A stretch of DNA of 64,000 nt from a virus. A program made the position numbers and the translations under genes. Of this stretch, positions 25,447 to 36,159 are shown piece by piece. The notes beneath the pieces are model-generated. The model searched no databases. It was not told where the DNA came from and saw nothing but the letters and a program-made list of their open reading frames with translations. The first letter of the stretch is position 1. Each line of letters begins with the position of its first letter. Location: the IMG/VR virus record IMGVR_UViG_3300037851_000950, positions 1 to 64,000 of that record. The stretch is one strand, 5' to 3'.

Positions 25447-26148
25447 ATGAAAGCTCTCGACGCTTACAGGGATGTCCTGAAAGAACTGGACAAGTATGAA
25501 TCTCCGACGTTCTCTGTCAGAGACTTCAACTACTTTTATCCCAAGTCAGTGTCGAAGTACATCGACGTTAATTACCGGCAACTGGATGTGGTGATGAAGG
25601 ATACTCAGGACATCTCGTCCATGATTATCAATAGTCATCCCCTGACAATTTCGGCTTCTGGTCAGGTAGCATTGCCGGAAGATTTCCGGCACTTGCTTGC
25701 ACTGAAGATTAAAGTGAGGTTCAAGGTCAACATGGGAAAGTATAAAACGACTCAATCCTATGAGTTCTGGCCGGAGCGAATGAAGAGCGGTGAAAAAGGA
25801 TTTCGATACCGGAGTGTTTTCGGACGCCCCAACTATCGGAGATACTACTATGAGATAAGCGAATCCGGACTACAAGTGCTGTTTGACAGCAATGTGGTTG
25901 AATTCGTAATCTCCTCTGCGAATGCGTGGCTGGATTATGTGATCCAACCAGACGAAGTGTATCTCAATCCGGCTTCAAATGCTGACTTCAACGATCTTGC
26001 TCAGAACACCGAGCTTTCGTTTAATCCAGGCACCACCCGTAACTATGTTTATTTCGAGATCATCAATATCTGTCGTGCTATGTTCTTGGAGAACATCGAG
26101 TCTCCAAGAACAGGTATGGCGGTGCAGGAAAGTGCTGTGCAACAGTAA
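25447..26148 (+). CDS. Tail ring/adaptor protein
   Basis: ELDKYESP, LPEDFRHLL, FLENIESPR; synteny. Confidence 0.7.
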   Translation: MKALDAYRDVLKELDKYESPTFSVRDFNYFYPKSVSKYIDVNYRQLDVVMKDTQDISSMIINSHPLTISASGQVALPEDFRHLLALKIKVRFKVNMGKYKTTQSYEFWPERMKSGEKGFRYRSVFGRPNYRRYYYEISESGLQVLFDSNVVEFVISSANAWLDYVIQPDEVYLNPASNADFNDLAQNTELSFNPGTTRNYVYFEIINICRAMFLENIESPRTGMAVQESAVQQ

Positions 26149-26174
26149 AACATCAACCTCAAAACTGAAATACA

Positions 26175-27125
26175 ATGTTTAACATTCCCGTAAAAGAGAT
26201 CATCGTCAACGACGACTCTCAAGTACAACTTTTGGAAGATGATGGTACAGCGTACGCCGACAACGATATTGTTGCGGATACCTCCGGTGGTTTCATTCTC
26301 CAGGGCTTCCTGAACGAAGTCATCTGGGCTGGTTCGGCTGCAGTGTCTTCCACGCTTCGTGGTGGAAAGCAGTCTTACCTGCGCTTTGTGACCGGCACCG
26401 ACGCTATGATGAAAACCACGCAGTCTGCAGGCGCTGCAGAAATTGCTGGATGGACGGTAACGGCGGCCAGCGGCGCGAAGAAAGGTGATACCTATCGCCT
26501 GGTTCTCGATTCGTTGGATTTGACTCCGACCGAGTTCCAAAATCGTCCTGTTGAAAAGCGCTACATGTTGGGTGTTGATTGTGCCGATGCGGCCGCAGTT
26601 ATTGCCGAACTTGTTGCTCAGATCAATGCCGACACGAATGCTCCCGTAACAGCGTATGCTGGTCAGGTGGCCGATGCTGCCAAGATCTGCTTGGTTGGAA
26701 AATCGGCTTATGTGGGAGTAAAGTTTGATCTGTTTGTTGGCTCTTATGCCAATGTCGATCAAACGACCTACACAGTATCTCTGGCTAAGGTTGCCAATGC
26801 GACACTTATTGACATTGCCGCTGGTGACCAAACCACGCAGGCTGCTGCTCTTCCGGTCAACACCTATGCTGCCCTGAAGAACATCAACTGGGCCAAGAAC
26901 TTCCATATCGATCGCGATATCAACTGGATGCCGTTGCCTGGTGCAACGTACACCAGCTACTACTTCGAGGTCGTTTCTCCGCAAATTCAGACCCAGGCCG
27001 GCAGCGAACCGGTTCCGAACCAGTTGCAAAACGCCCAGGTGTACGGTGTACGCCTGTGGGTAAACAACCTTTCGGCTCCGACCTTGCTCGCCGCGATGAA
27101 CTTTCTCGAAGGTGATGTAGGCTAA
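26175..27125 (+). CDS. Structural protein, probable auxiliary capsid protein
   Basis: A/T/G-rich, ~316 aa, PLPGATYTSY motif; synteny. Confidence 0.6.
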   Translation: MFNIPVKEIIVNDDSQVQLLEDDGTAYADNDIVADTSGGFILQGFLNEVIWAGSAAVSSTLRGGKQSYLRFVTGTDAMMKTTQSAGAAEIAGWTVTAASGAKKGDTYRLVLDSLDLTPTEFQNRPVEKRYMLGVDCADAAAVIAELVAQINADTNAPVTAYAGQVADAAKICLVGKSAYVGVKFDLFVGSYANVDQTTYTVSLAKVANATLIDIAAGDQTTQAAALPVNTYAALKNINWAKNFHIDRDINWMPLPGATYTSYYFEVVSPQIQTQAGSEPVPNQLQNAQVYGVRLWVNNLSAPTLLAAMNFLEGDVG

Positions 27126-27136
27126 TCTGGAACTCA

Positions 27137-27772
27137 ATGACTGAGTCTCAGATTGTAACTGCAGTGATGGAATTGGTGACCTCCGCTGAGGGGGTCACCA
27201 ATACCTCATTGTCTCCCGACCAGGTTGCCGAAGAGGTAGATACCTTTCGCGTCCGTATGATTATGGAGGCTGACAAAGCTACCGTCTTCCGCCGGCCCTA
27301 TATGGGAATGACCCAGGAGATCTCCTCGTTGAAAGTCGAGAAGACTTCTGAGAAAGTGTCCTACGTCAACATTCCTCGCCTGGTAATTAAAGCAAACGGA
27401 GAACCGGCCACACTATACATTGGTGGCAAAGATGATAAATCTCCCTATCGCGTAGTTACCGGAGACATTGAGAATGCTATCCATGATCATTTTGTCGGAA
27501 GCATGGCGATTGTTCATTACCAGGAAGGCCGTCTTACATTTCGTAACGTAGCCCCTCAGTACATCAAGGTAGTCGCCGTATTCGAAGATCCTTCCAAACT
27601 TGAGCTTGGTGGGCACTATGACCCGGACACTTCGGAGTATCCCTTCCCTGCAGGTATGATTGACATTCTGATCGGCAAAACCGCGGACTCCTATATTCGC
27701 ACGATGTACCGCATCAGACCTCAACCTAACGTCCAAGCGGATATCCCGAATGCAGGATCTAAAAATAAGTGA
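27137..27772 (+). CDS. Tail ring protein
   Basis: VVAVFEDP...YPFPAGMIDILI. Confidence 0.7.
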   Translation: MTESQIVTAVMELVTSAEGVTNTSLSPDQVAEEVDTFRVRMIMEADKATVFRRPYMGMTQEISSLKVEKTSEKVSYVNIPRLVIKANGEPATLYIGGKDDKSPYRVVTGDIENAIHDHFVGSMAIVHYQEGRLTFRNVAPQYIKVVAVFEDPSKLELGGHYDPDTSEYPFPAGMIDILIGKTADSYIRTMYRIRPQPNVQADIPNAGSKNK

Positions 27773-28085
27773 GTTTGCTCTCCTGCTCAAAGAAGAGCTC
27801 AGAGAACAGGGAGTAGATCTTCCGAAATCTCTCGTCTTTCGCATGACACGTGCTTTTTTCGCGCATGCCGAGAAGATAGCTGCTTCCGGAAACAAGCGGT
27901 TCATTATTCACAACAGGGATCTCAACCAGGTGTATCCTATTTGGGATGTCAAATCATTGTGCGCAGAACTCGCTGATGGCAAGGATGTACTCACCATTGA
28001 TAAGCTGGTCAAGACATTAAAACTTGACCGGACTGTCGATAGATATTACAAGCGTAAGAAAATGGTTCAAGAAGTAACTTTATGA
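27750..28085 (+). CDS. Small basic protein, possibly HU/IHF-like
   Basis: Synteny with crAss IHF-like genes; weak sequence support. Confidence 0.45.
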   Translation: MQDLKISEFALLLKEELREQGVDLPKSLVFRMTRAFFAHAEKIAASGNKRFIIHNRDLNQVYPIWDVKSLCAELADGKDVLTIDKLVKTLKLDRTVDRYYKRKKMVQEVTL

Positions 28086-28525
28086 GAATTCGTCAGCGTT
28101 TATTGCCGTGCGGAAGAGTGATTTCTTTCGAGGAAACTACTCCTCATGATATTGGCAAAAGCAAGACGATGAAGGCGTTGCTTCTGGCTTCTCGCAAAAA
28201 ACTCGATCCTCTTTACTCTTATGATAGTTCAGGGCGAACAAAAGATCGCTGGGTAGGCCAGGTTTACAACCGCTTTGCCACAACATTGACCAAATGTCTT
28301 GTTGAAAGACTTTTGGCAGGAGACCGGATTGAAACAATCAACGGCCACAAGTGGATGATTGGCTTTCCCACCGACGGAGGAAAGTTCGTAAACTGGCATA
28401 CAGACGGCAAAAGTTTCCGTGTGGGAATTCAAGGATTAAAAGGTAAATTTGGCATAAGGCTGTCCCGAGCCAAGCGCAGGGAGCTTAAAGAGCGAATCTT
28501 AGGTGGGCAAAACTATCACTCATGA
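28082..28525 (+). CDS. IHF-like basic protein (crAss-type)
   Basis: NWHTDG...LSRAKRRELKERI..G..Y pattern. Confidence 0.55.
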   Translation: MRIRQRLLPCGRVISFEETTPHDIGKSKTMKALLLASRKKLDPLYSYDSSGRTKDRWVGQVYNRFATTLTKCLVERLLAGDRIETINGHKWMIGFPTDGGKFVNWHTDGKSFRVGIQGLKGKFGIRLSRAKRRELKERILGGQNYHS

Positions 28526-30249
28526 TTTACAAGGCGCGAGACAGATCAGGACGATTTATTTCGGAGAGAGTTAAGACAACTCTTCTCGAAGGAATCGCTT
28601 CGTTTCAAAAAGGCGGTAAATTGATGGGTCCGCCGAAGCCCGCAGCAACGAAGCCTGAATATCTTCAGAAGTTAAACCTTGATCCGTTTATTCTCGTTCT
28701 CAACAAGAGCTTTGACAAATTTACAAAGTCGAGCGACCAGGCAAACTCAACAGCAGATTACGGTTGGGATGATCCGAAAAAGACAATCAAACTCCAGACA
28801 GGAAAATTCAGAAACGCTGCTGTCCCCAAGCGACTGATTGATGATGCGATTGCTGCTGCAGAAAAAGCGGGAGTAGATCCCCATCTCATGCTTGGACTTA
28901 TCGGACAAGAAAGTACGTTCGGTGTTGGTAAGAATCAGGGTTCAAGAGAAAGACGCGTAAGTAAGCAGGCGCTTGTTTCGGGTCACAATCTTGCTGAGAA
29001 GTTTCAACCGCAGACTCCTCTCAATTTCCTGGCAGACCGAAAAGTCCCGGGCGTACAAAGTAAGAGGACATTTCACGGTTGGAGATTTTCAATCCCTTCC
29101 AGCGAAGATTCACTTAAAGTTCAGGAGTATCTGTACAGAAATCCAAAGCTCCTTGAACAATACGAGAAGAAAGTCAATTCGCAAAATGTTATTCCGAAAG
29201 ACGTTAATTACTTCGATCTTGCAGCCTGGGCTATAAAACAAAACGGGATCCAGAAATACAATCCCGGAGATCCGACCTACACTGACAGTGTAGAAAACTC
29301 GATGAATCTTCTCCGCCAAGATCCTGTTCTCGCCGAGTATCTCAAATCCAGACCGGCGAAAAAAGAGGATGGCGGCATCATCGAAGACCAGCGGGGTCAA
29401 TGGGCTAACCCCGGTAAGCCCACGCGCATCCAGGGTGAAGACATCACCATGAAAGGAGTCGACTATCCGGTTCTTGCCAAAACAGACAATGGTCTGACAA
29501 CCGTTATGAAACCCAACCAGGAATACAAATTCCCGGGCGCAAAACATGTGGATGAGTTCCCCATAAAGCGTCGGGGCGGAACGATCGGTCCCCGCTTCTC
29601 CATGGGAAGTGCGGGAGGTGCCGGCAAAGACCCGACATTCTTTTTCAAGTGGAGCTTCGGCAACACGAGTAAAACCAAACAGACCTCCAAGAACTCTATT
29701 GCCAATCTTGGCAACTACAATACCCAGTTACTGTTCAACAAGCTTTCACAATTTAAACAAGGTGGATCTATGACACTCGGCGACACTTCAAACAACAAGC
29801 GCAGCATCCTCAAACAGGGTGTTGGGATGGCAAAACTCTATCCACTGCCTTTCAAAAAGGGTGGAAAAATGCCCAAGAAATTTTTAGGTGGGTTGTTTGG
29901 CCCAAAGCAGCCTGGATTTGTTGGGACAGATGTTGATGTGGAAGCTGGCTTCCAACGACCCGGCGTATCTCCTATGCGTATGCAAACTGGAGGTAAAGTT
30001 GTACCTCAACCCAGTGCTTTTGAACTTCTTGCAAAGAAAGCAGGCAACGCCATATCGTCGGCTTTTGCAGGAAGCGAGATGGCCAAAGGTGTTCAGGCAA
30101 ACCAAGCGTTAAAGCTGGCTCAAGATCGCGAACTCGATTCTCTTCGTGCATCAAATCTCGCATTGCGCACAGGAACTGGCATGCAGCCGATAAACGGAAT
30201 GCCTCTTGTAACCAAAGGAGGAATCAACGCAGTAAGAAAACCGAAGTAA
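28522..30249 (+). CDS. Virion cargo protein with an SLT/lysozyme-like domain
   Basis: AAAEKAGVDPHLMLGLIGQESTFG; repeated xxGG motifs; ITMKGVDYPV domain. Confidence 0.6.
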   Translation: MIYKARDRSGRFISERVKTTLLEGIASFQKGGKLMGPPKPAATKPEYLQKLNLDPFILVLNKSFDKFTKSSDQANSTADYGWDDPKKTIKLQTGKFRNAAVPKRLIDDAIAAAEKAGVDPHLMLGLIGQESTFGVGKNQGSRERRVSKQALVSGHNLAEKFQPQTPLNFLADRKVPGVQSKRTFHGWRFSIPSSEDSLKVQEYLYRNPKLLEQYEKKVNSQNVIPKDVNYFDLAAWAIKQNGIQKYNPGDPTYTDSVENSMNLLRQDPVLAEYLKSRPAKKEDGGIIEDQRGQWANPGKPTRIQGEDITMKGVDYPVLAKTDNGLTTVMKPNQEYKFPGAKHVDEFPIKRRGGTIGPRFSMGSAGGAGKDPTFFFKWSFGNTSKTKQTSKNSIANLGNYNTQLLFNKLSQFKQGGSMTLGDTSNNKRSILKQGVGMAKLYPLPFKKGGKMPKKFLGGLFGPKQPGFVGTDVDVEAGFQRPGVSPMRMQTGGKVVPQPSAFELLAKKAGNAISSAFAGSEMAKGVQANQALKLAQDRELDSLRASNLALRTGTGMQPINGMPLVTKGGINAVRKPK

Positions 30250-30250
30250 T

Positions 30251-30961
30251 ATGCAGTATCAGTCAGTACGAGCCGTAGCCTCCCGCCTGAAGTCCCAGTT
30301 CAAGGTGGATATGGACATCTTTGAGATCGCTCAGGCTTGCGCTGACGCACTAAAAAAGATGGGCTATATTGCTCTTAACCGTTCCTGCTATCAGGCAACG
30401 GTTCAGAATTTTGGGGTCAACCTTCCAGGTACGGTTTGGAAAGTGCGCGGAGTAATCAGACTTGACGCTTATGTTCAAGACATCGGAATTACCGTGATTC
30501 CCCAGGACATCTACTTTCCTCCGCAGCTCGTATTCAGCTATGATGAACCTGCAGATCAGCCGGACGATGTTATTCTGCTGAAAGGAAACTATGTTCCTCA
30601 GTTCAAGGGACCTTACATTCCGTACAAGTGGCAATCTCCGTATCTCAAGTTCAACGAAACTGATGTGCCGGTTGCCATCGAAGTTACAGAAGTGACCAAA
30701 GACAAGGAAGGATTTCCAATGATCCCTGAACCGGCATTCTTTGGTTGTATGTACTACGCTCTGTTCATTCACTATCAACCTATCGCACTTCTCGGTCAGA
30801 TTCCCTTGCAAATGATGCAGCAGATAGAGCAGTGGAAGAATACAAACATGGCTCAGGCCAACAACTCGATGATGATGGAGGCAATGGATGCCAACGAGCG
30901 CGACAATCTTTTCAATATTCTCACAAGCATGGATCGTAAACAGTTTGGCTTGCCTGTATGA
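30251..30961 (+). CDS. Tail tubular/ring protein
   Basis: DKEGFPMIP motif; directly precedes the muzzle gene. Confidence 0.7.
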   Translation: MQYQSVRAVASRLKSQFKVDMDIFEIAQACADALKKMGYIALNRSCYQATVQNFGVNLPGTVWKVRGVIRLDAYVQDIGITVIPQDIYFPPQLVFSYDEPADQPDDVILLKGNYVPQFKGPYIPYKWQSPYLKFNETDVPVAIEVTEVTKDKEGFPMIPEPAFFGCMYYALFIHYQPIALLGQIPLQMMQQIEQWKNTNMAQANNSMMMEAMDANERDNLFNILTSMDRKQFGLPV

Positions 30962-33900
30962 AAGTAAACCGGGATTTTCAGGGTAACGTATTCCAGAAGG
31001 GCATGAAGCTTGATGCTTCAGACGCCATCATGCCGATCGACACCATCCGTTTTGGTCAGAATGTACGGATGTGGAATCGCAGTGGATCTTCTTACGTGCT
31101 CACCAATCTCCCAGGGACAGAATCTCTGTTTACGCTTACTGAGGGATTCGTTCCTGTTGCAACTCAGGAATTCAATGGGGTGCTCTACATCGTATCCTGG
31201 CATACTGATGGACGGCTGGAAGTCGGATCTTTTCCGTCTCCGGATTATGCCACGCCGCTCAATCCGAGCGGTAATTCCCAGGTCTATCGGGCATTCAATA
31301 ACTTTGACGGAGGTGCTTTTCGCACTTCTGCGTTGGGCACGGCGACAAAGCCGGTGATCCAGAAGTTGGAGATCCAGCCCGACTACGATGAGTCGGTGAA
31401 CTTGCTTTTTACCATTGTTGGCTCGCGCCCGCGCATTGTGAACAGCAAATTCAAAGCACTTCATAACGGAACAGAGTTTAGCATTTTGCCTGACAGGTCA
31501 ACTACTGCATCTACTGCGGCAAGCAATACCTATACGGCGAGCACGGTCAATAAAGAGACATCAATGATTCTGTTCTCCCAGAAGATTCTCAAAGTAGATC
31601 TGCAAGGGATTACGGCAGGTGGAAAACTCAAGTGCGGCAACTACACATACGTCTTTTACTACATGACGGAAGACTTCAACCGTACTTCCATCATAGGTCA
31701 GTCAAGCGTTTGTCAAATCGCTATTGGAGACAACGTCTCCTCTATGCGTGGGGGCGACGAAACAGAATTCACGAACAAGCGGGTTCAGCTTCGCTTAAGC
31801 AACGTTGATACTGATTTCCGGTATGTGAAGGCCTATGCAATGTATTCTTCCGGTCAAGAGGCTCTTGAAGAACAGTATCTTGAATTCACTCAACCGCTTT
31901 CGATCACCGGAACAACTGTTGATTTCTTTCACACCGGATTTGAAGAGGTTGTAGAAGTCAACCAATCAGAAGTCAACATTGACTATGCGTCAATTGAATC
32001 GGCTGCAGCTTCTACCCAGGTAGGCGGTTACTATTTTCTTGCAGACGTTCGTCAGCGGGTAGTCGAATTCAGCGAATTGCGGAGTCGGACGTTTAGCGGA
32101 ACGCTTCCCAGCTATCGCGAAACCTCACTTGCGATTACCGGCGGATTTCCTGGTTATTGTAATCCAGTCAATGTGTACAACTCTCTGGGCTACATGAGCG
32201 GAGAGACATATCCTTATGGCATTGTCTATATAATGACCGACGGATCTCTTTCGCCCGTGTTTCCGATTAAGGGGTGTGACATCAAAGCTGCTGGTGACGG
32301 TGTTCTCACTCACGTTTACAGTTCAGAGGGTAACAATAAAGGCCTCGTCACTTATCCTTTTCATCACCAAAAACCGGTTTACGATGAGGTCAACCAAGCA
32401 CTGAAAATCAAAAGCATTACTCTCAATGTCGCTTCGCTTCAAAACGATTCTTACATTCAGGAAAATACTCTTGGATTCTTTATTGTTCGAGGAGAACGCA
32501 GACCGAACGCTCTTACTCAAGGAGTACTTCTTCCCACCATCAAAGCGCCTACCATAGAAGCGTCAGACTCCAATCCGAATAACCAGGAAGGATATGGCGC
32601 GAATACTGACACGGGAGGGTCTGGCGCAGGCGGATATTACGTAACCAATGGGGCAAATCAAGATGACATCAATGTATTCAAACATTTGATTAATCTTGAT
32701 TGCATTGTGGAGGCCTTTTTGTACAACGGATGGTCTGAGGGAGCCGACACTGTCATTAATGAAAATAATGGCATCTCGTCAGGGTACATGCCTGTTCAAA
32801 TAATGGTTGACAAAACAACCTACGATGTATGGGAAACCGATCCGGTAAAACCTTACATATTTCGATCTAAATCAAATAGTCCTAACTTGAGACATTGGGC
32901 CCTCATTTCGGGGGAAGCTCTTGTAAATGAAGCTGAATTTATCACTGCTTTGCAGCGCGAGAACATGGGCATTCATCAGATTGCAAAATTGAAATTTCTC
33001 GTCACCGATCAAATAACTCCGGTACGTCAAGGAGACGATTTCCCTATTTATAATTTTGGTTGTCACTATCAAATGTCCGGTTATCATACCATATACACCG
33101 GAAGTAATAAACCGACGCCAAAAGGTGTAAGTCGTATCGTGTATGTCCCAGCAGAAAGTCTTGCAACAGGAACTGATTTTATATCCAAACTCAAAGTCGC
33201 TCTGCTGGAGAGAACTACCGAATCGAATACTTCCAGACATTTTTGGATTAACCAATGGTTCAATAGTTATTTTGGTATTAAAATTGCAGATACTGAATCG
33301 TTGGTCGATTCCATTCCGGGAGTAGCAAACCCCATTGGAAGTGATCTCCGCCCCGGCAAGACTTTAAGTAAACAATTCAGCGACGGAACTCTCGGTTATT
33401 CGAATCTTGGTCGCTCGGTGCCGGCTGCATTTCTGGTCAACATCTATCCCCAAGGGACGATATTGTCTCCCGATGATCTTTACCAATCGGTAGACAATGT
33501 CGTTTATCGCCAGATCTCCCAGCGTTATACCTGGGCTGATGTGAATGCTCTTGGTAATCAGGTTCCGGTGTTTGGGGGAGATTGCTTCATTTCCAAAGTA
33601 AGCCGCAAGCTCAATCATGCCCCCGAAAGGAATTCTTCTACGGTCCAGACCGAACAAGGACAGCGTTGGAACATCGATTCGGGAATGATCATTACTTGGT
33701 GGCAGGAATCTAAATACAATCTCCACTTACGCCAGCCTAAACAGTACGACGCTACTGAACTTGAAAAGCGGAGCTTCTATCCTTATCAGTCACTCGGAAA
33801 TGCTGTCGCGTATCGCAAATACCGTTTGCCGGAAACCAAAGCTCACTCGCCGGGTTATGCTGTAATCACCCCACCAAAGAGCTTCTTTGGAATTTCTCCT

Positions 33901-34986
33901 CAAGTTCCCTTTGAGCAGACCAGGTTCATGTCCAGGATTTACCATTCGGAAAAGCACATTCCCAATGTCTTTCGCAACGGGTATCGCTCTTTCCTGGAAA
34001 CCGCCTTCCGTGACTACGATACCGGCATGGGATCCATCGTCGCCATGTTCAACCATCGCGGAAATCTCCTGGTGATCTTCGAACATGGTGTCGGCATTAC
34101 CTCGGTCGAACAGCGCGTAGAAACTGCCCGCGATGCTGGCGGCTCGATCGTCATTGAGCCCACTACCGTATTGCCACCCACACTTACGTACCTCACGCGC
34201 GAGATTGGTTGTCAGGATACGCTCTCCTTGGTTCAGACTCCGGGAGCTGTCTACGGCATGGATCGTTCTAAGCACAAGATCTGGCGCATGGCAGACAAAC
34301 TCGAAGTCATCTCCGACAGGGACGTGTCTTCCTGGCTCATCGACAACCCGGCTGTGAACCCGCGTGCCGGCTACGACTTCGAATATGGAGAAGCACTCTT
34401 CATTACCGACAACTGGACACTTGTGTTTCTCGAAGACATGGGTCAGTGGACTTCCTTCTACACATACGCGTCAGGACAGTTCTTTGCACGTCTGAACAAG
34501 AATCTCTTCTCCTTCGTGGGCAAGACCGCTTACAAACACAATGTTGTTGACTCCTACACCATTTACGGGCAACAGCAAGATGTCATTGTCGAGATGGTTG
34601 TCAACAAAGCGTACGCTATGACGAAAGTCATGGACTATATTGAAATCATTTCTAACGAAGTTCCTCCGGTCAAAGTTGAGATATTCTCTTACAACCAGAT
34701 CGTCAGTATTGGAGCAACAATCGACTCTGCAGCATTGAATCAATACACTGCAGTTGACGCAGGCCTTGACCTGTACACTGAAGAGGAGAAGATTCTCTAT
34801 CGCGACAAGAAATACGTAGTCCAGATACCCTATCGGACCGGCTACAACCCGGGTACTTCATCCGACAAATGGAGTACAGAAGGCCGAATTCGCGACAAGG
34901 CGGTAATCGTTCGTCTGACCTACCGGCCGGATAAACCCATGGAATTAGTCAGCGTATTAAATTATTTCCGATATTCACCCTCGTAA
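30958..34986 (+). CDS. Tail stabilisation (muzzle) protein
   Basis: 1342 aa; NVFQKGMKLD, GYMSGETYPYGIVY, FGGDCFI, REIGCQ, RIRDK. Confidence 0.85.
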   Translation: MKVNRDFQGNVFQKGMKLDASDAIMPIDTIRFGQNVRMWNRSGSSYVLTNLPGTESLFTLTEGFVPVATQEFNGVLYIVSWHTDGRLEVGSFPSPDYATPLNPSGNSQVYRAFNNFDGGAFRTSALGTATKPVIQKLEIQPDYDESVNLLFTIVGSRPRIVNSKFKALHNGTEFSILPDRSTTASTAASNTYTASTVNKETSMILFSQKILKVDLQGITAGGKLKCGNYTYVFYYMTEDFNRTSIIGQSSVCQIAIGDNVSSMRGGDETEFTNKRVQLRLSNVDTDFRYVKAYAMYSSGQEALEEQYLEFTQPLSITGTTVDFFHTGFEEVVEVNQSEVNIDYASIESAAASTQVGGYYFLADVRQRVVEFSELRSRTFSGTLPSYRETSLAITGGFPGYCNPVNVYNSLGYMSGETYPYGIVYIMTDGSLSPVFPIKGCDIKAAGDGVLTHVYSSEGNNKGLVTYPFHHQKPVYDEVNQALKIKSITLNVASLQNDSYIQENTLGFFIVRGERRPNALTQGVLLPTIKAPTIEASDSNPNNQEGYGANTDTGGSGAGGYYVTNGANQDDINVFKHLINLDCIVEAFLYNGWSEGADTVINENNGISSGYMPVQIMVDKTTYDVWETDPVKPYIFRSKSNSPNLRHWALISGEALVNEAEFITALQRENMGIHQIAKLKFLVTDQITPVRQGDDFPIYNFGCHYQMSGYHTIYTGSNKPTPKGVSRIVYVPAESLATGTDFISKLKVALLERTTESNTSRHFWINQWFNSYFGIKIADTESLVDSIPGVANPIGSDLRPGKTLSKQFSDGTLGYSNLGRSVPAAFLVNIYPQGTILSPDDLYQSVDNVVYRQISQRYTWADVNALGNQVPVFGGDCFISKVSRKLNHAPERNSSTVQTEQGQRWNIDSGMIITWWQESKYNLHLRQPKQYDATELEKRSFYPYQSLGNAVAYRKYRLPETKAHSPGYAVITPPKSFFGISPQVPFEQTRFMSRIYHSEKHIPNVFRNGYRSFLETAFRDYDTGMGSIVAMFNHRGNLLVIFEHGVGITSVEQRVETARDAGGSIVIEPTTVLPPTLTYLTREIGCQDTLSLVQTPGAVYGMDRSKHKIWRMADKLEVISDRDVSSWLIDNPAVNPRAGYDFEYGEALFITDNWTLVFLEDMGQWTSFYTYASGQFFARLNKNLFSFVGKTAYKHNVVDSYTIYGQQQDVIVEMVVNKAYAMTKVMDYIEIISNEVPPVKVEIFSYNQIVSIGATIDSAALNQYTAVDAGLDLYTEEEKILYRDKKYVVQIPYRTGYNPGTSSDKWSTEGRIRDKAVIVRLTYRPDKPMELVSVLNYFRYSPS

Positions 34987-34992
34987 ACTGCC

Positions 34993-35610
34993 ATGAAGAC
35001 CAACCCCACCAAATTTGCCCGTCTTCCCAAGATGCCTAAGATGTTCCTGGGCGGACTTTTCGGAGCAACCGGATTTCTGGGGGCTTCTGGAGGACTTTCC
35101 AAATTTGCCGAAACCGCGGGCGGTAAAGCCGCAATGGGAATTGGCAGTGGTCTGCTGGGCAGTGCATCTTCCAAAACAGCATCTCCTGGGCTTGCCATAG
35201 CTCCTCCGGTTGCGGGTAACCTCGGGCAAAGCGAGGTTTCCGCAGCCAATACGATAGATCTTACCGGAGCCGCCAATCAGAACGTAACGAATGCCAAAAA
35301 CAGCAGAAATGCTACCTTTGGTGCAATTGACTCTCTGGGAGATGCAGGTATAATTTCCGGATTTGCGCCCGCTATTGTCGGCGGCCTTGTCGTTAAAGGT
35401 CTCAGTGCTCTTGGCAAAGCTTTGGGAATCGGTAAAGGATCAGAAGAAGAAGCCGAGCGCAAGAAAAGAATCATGGAAACAACCTCGGCACAGGCATCAG
35501 TTGCCAAGCAGGGAGCCGTCAACAGAAACTCAATTCAGACCTTTAAAGCACCGGCCTACGGTAGGCGCGGGATGAAACTCAGAACCTCTAAATTTTCAAA
35601 GCCATGTTAG
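34993..35610 (+). CDS. Gly/Ala-rich cargo (ejection) protein with hydrophobic segments
   Basis: Composition; position after the muzzle gene. Confidence 0.6.
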   Translation: MKTNPTKFARLPKMPKMFLGGLFGATGFLGASGGLSKFAETAGGKAAMGIGSGLLGSASSKTASPGLAIAPPVAGNLGQSEVSAANTIDLTGAANQNVTNAKNSRNATFGAIDSLGDAGIISGFAPAIVGGLVVKGLSALGKALGIGKGSEEEAERKKRIMETTSAQASVAKQGAVNRNSIQTFKAPAYGRRGMKLRTSKFSKPC

Positions 35611-36158
35611 AATCAAAGTCTTCCTCGTCCTCCGGGCCTGCCAAGAAGCAACCCTTTACCATTACCAAAACGACCACGGAGAAGTACTCCGGGCCGGATG
35701 AGATCATCGCCAAGATCTATGGGGATACCAAGAAATCGACCGGGGAAATGCCCTCCCGCCAGGAAGGCGGTGCTTTGCCCGCAGTAGGCGAAGGTAAGGT
35801 CCAGGGCCCTTCCCATGAAGAGGGTGGTGTGCCGGCAGTGGATACCCAGACGGGCGAGATGGTAGCCGAAATCGAAGGGGAAGAGCGTATCTTCTCTACT
35901 GAAGATACCTCCATCATGGAAGAGGCAGCCATAGAAATCATCAAGGCGACCCAGGCCGGCGATCAGGAGGCTGCAGATGACATGGCCAAGCGCCTCGGGT
36001 ACGCGGTCGTGGAAATGATTGCCGCCCAGGAGCAGAATGCCGAGGCCCAGGAAGCCCAGGGTGGCGCGGCAGCTCCCGCACCTTCCCCCGACCAGATGGC
36101 GGTCGAAGCCGCTAACCAATTCACCAGTGAACCGGAGTATATCGAAACCATGCAATAA
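35604..36158 (+). CDS. Cargo protein with GPSHEEGGV motif
   Basis: GPSHEEGGV...AEIEGEE. Confidence 0.7.
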   Translation: MLESKSSSSSGPAKKQPFTITKTTTEKYSGPDEIIAKIYGDTKKSTGEMPSRQEGGALPAVGEGKVQGPSHEEGGVPAVDTQTGEMVAEIEGEERIFSTEDTSIMEEAAIEIIKATQAGDQEAADDMAKRLGYAVVEMIAAQEQNAEAQEAQGGAAAPAPSPDQMAVEAANQFTSEPEYIETMQ

Positions 36159-36159
36159 G

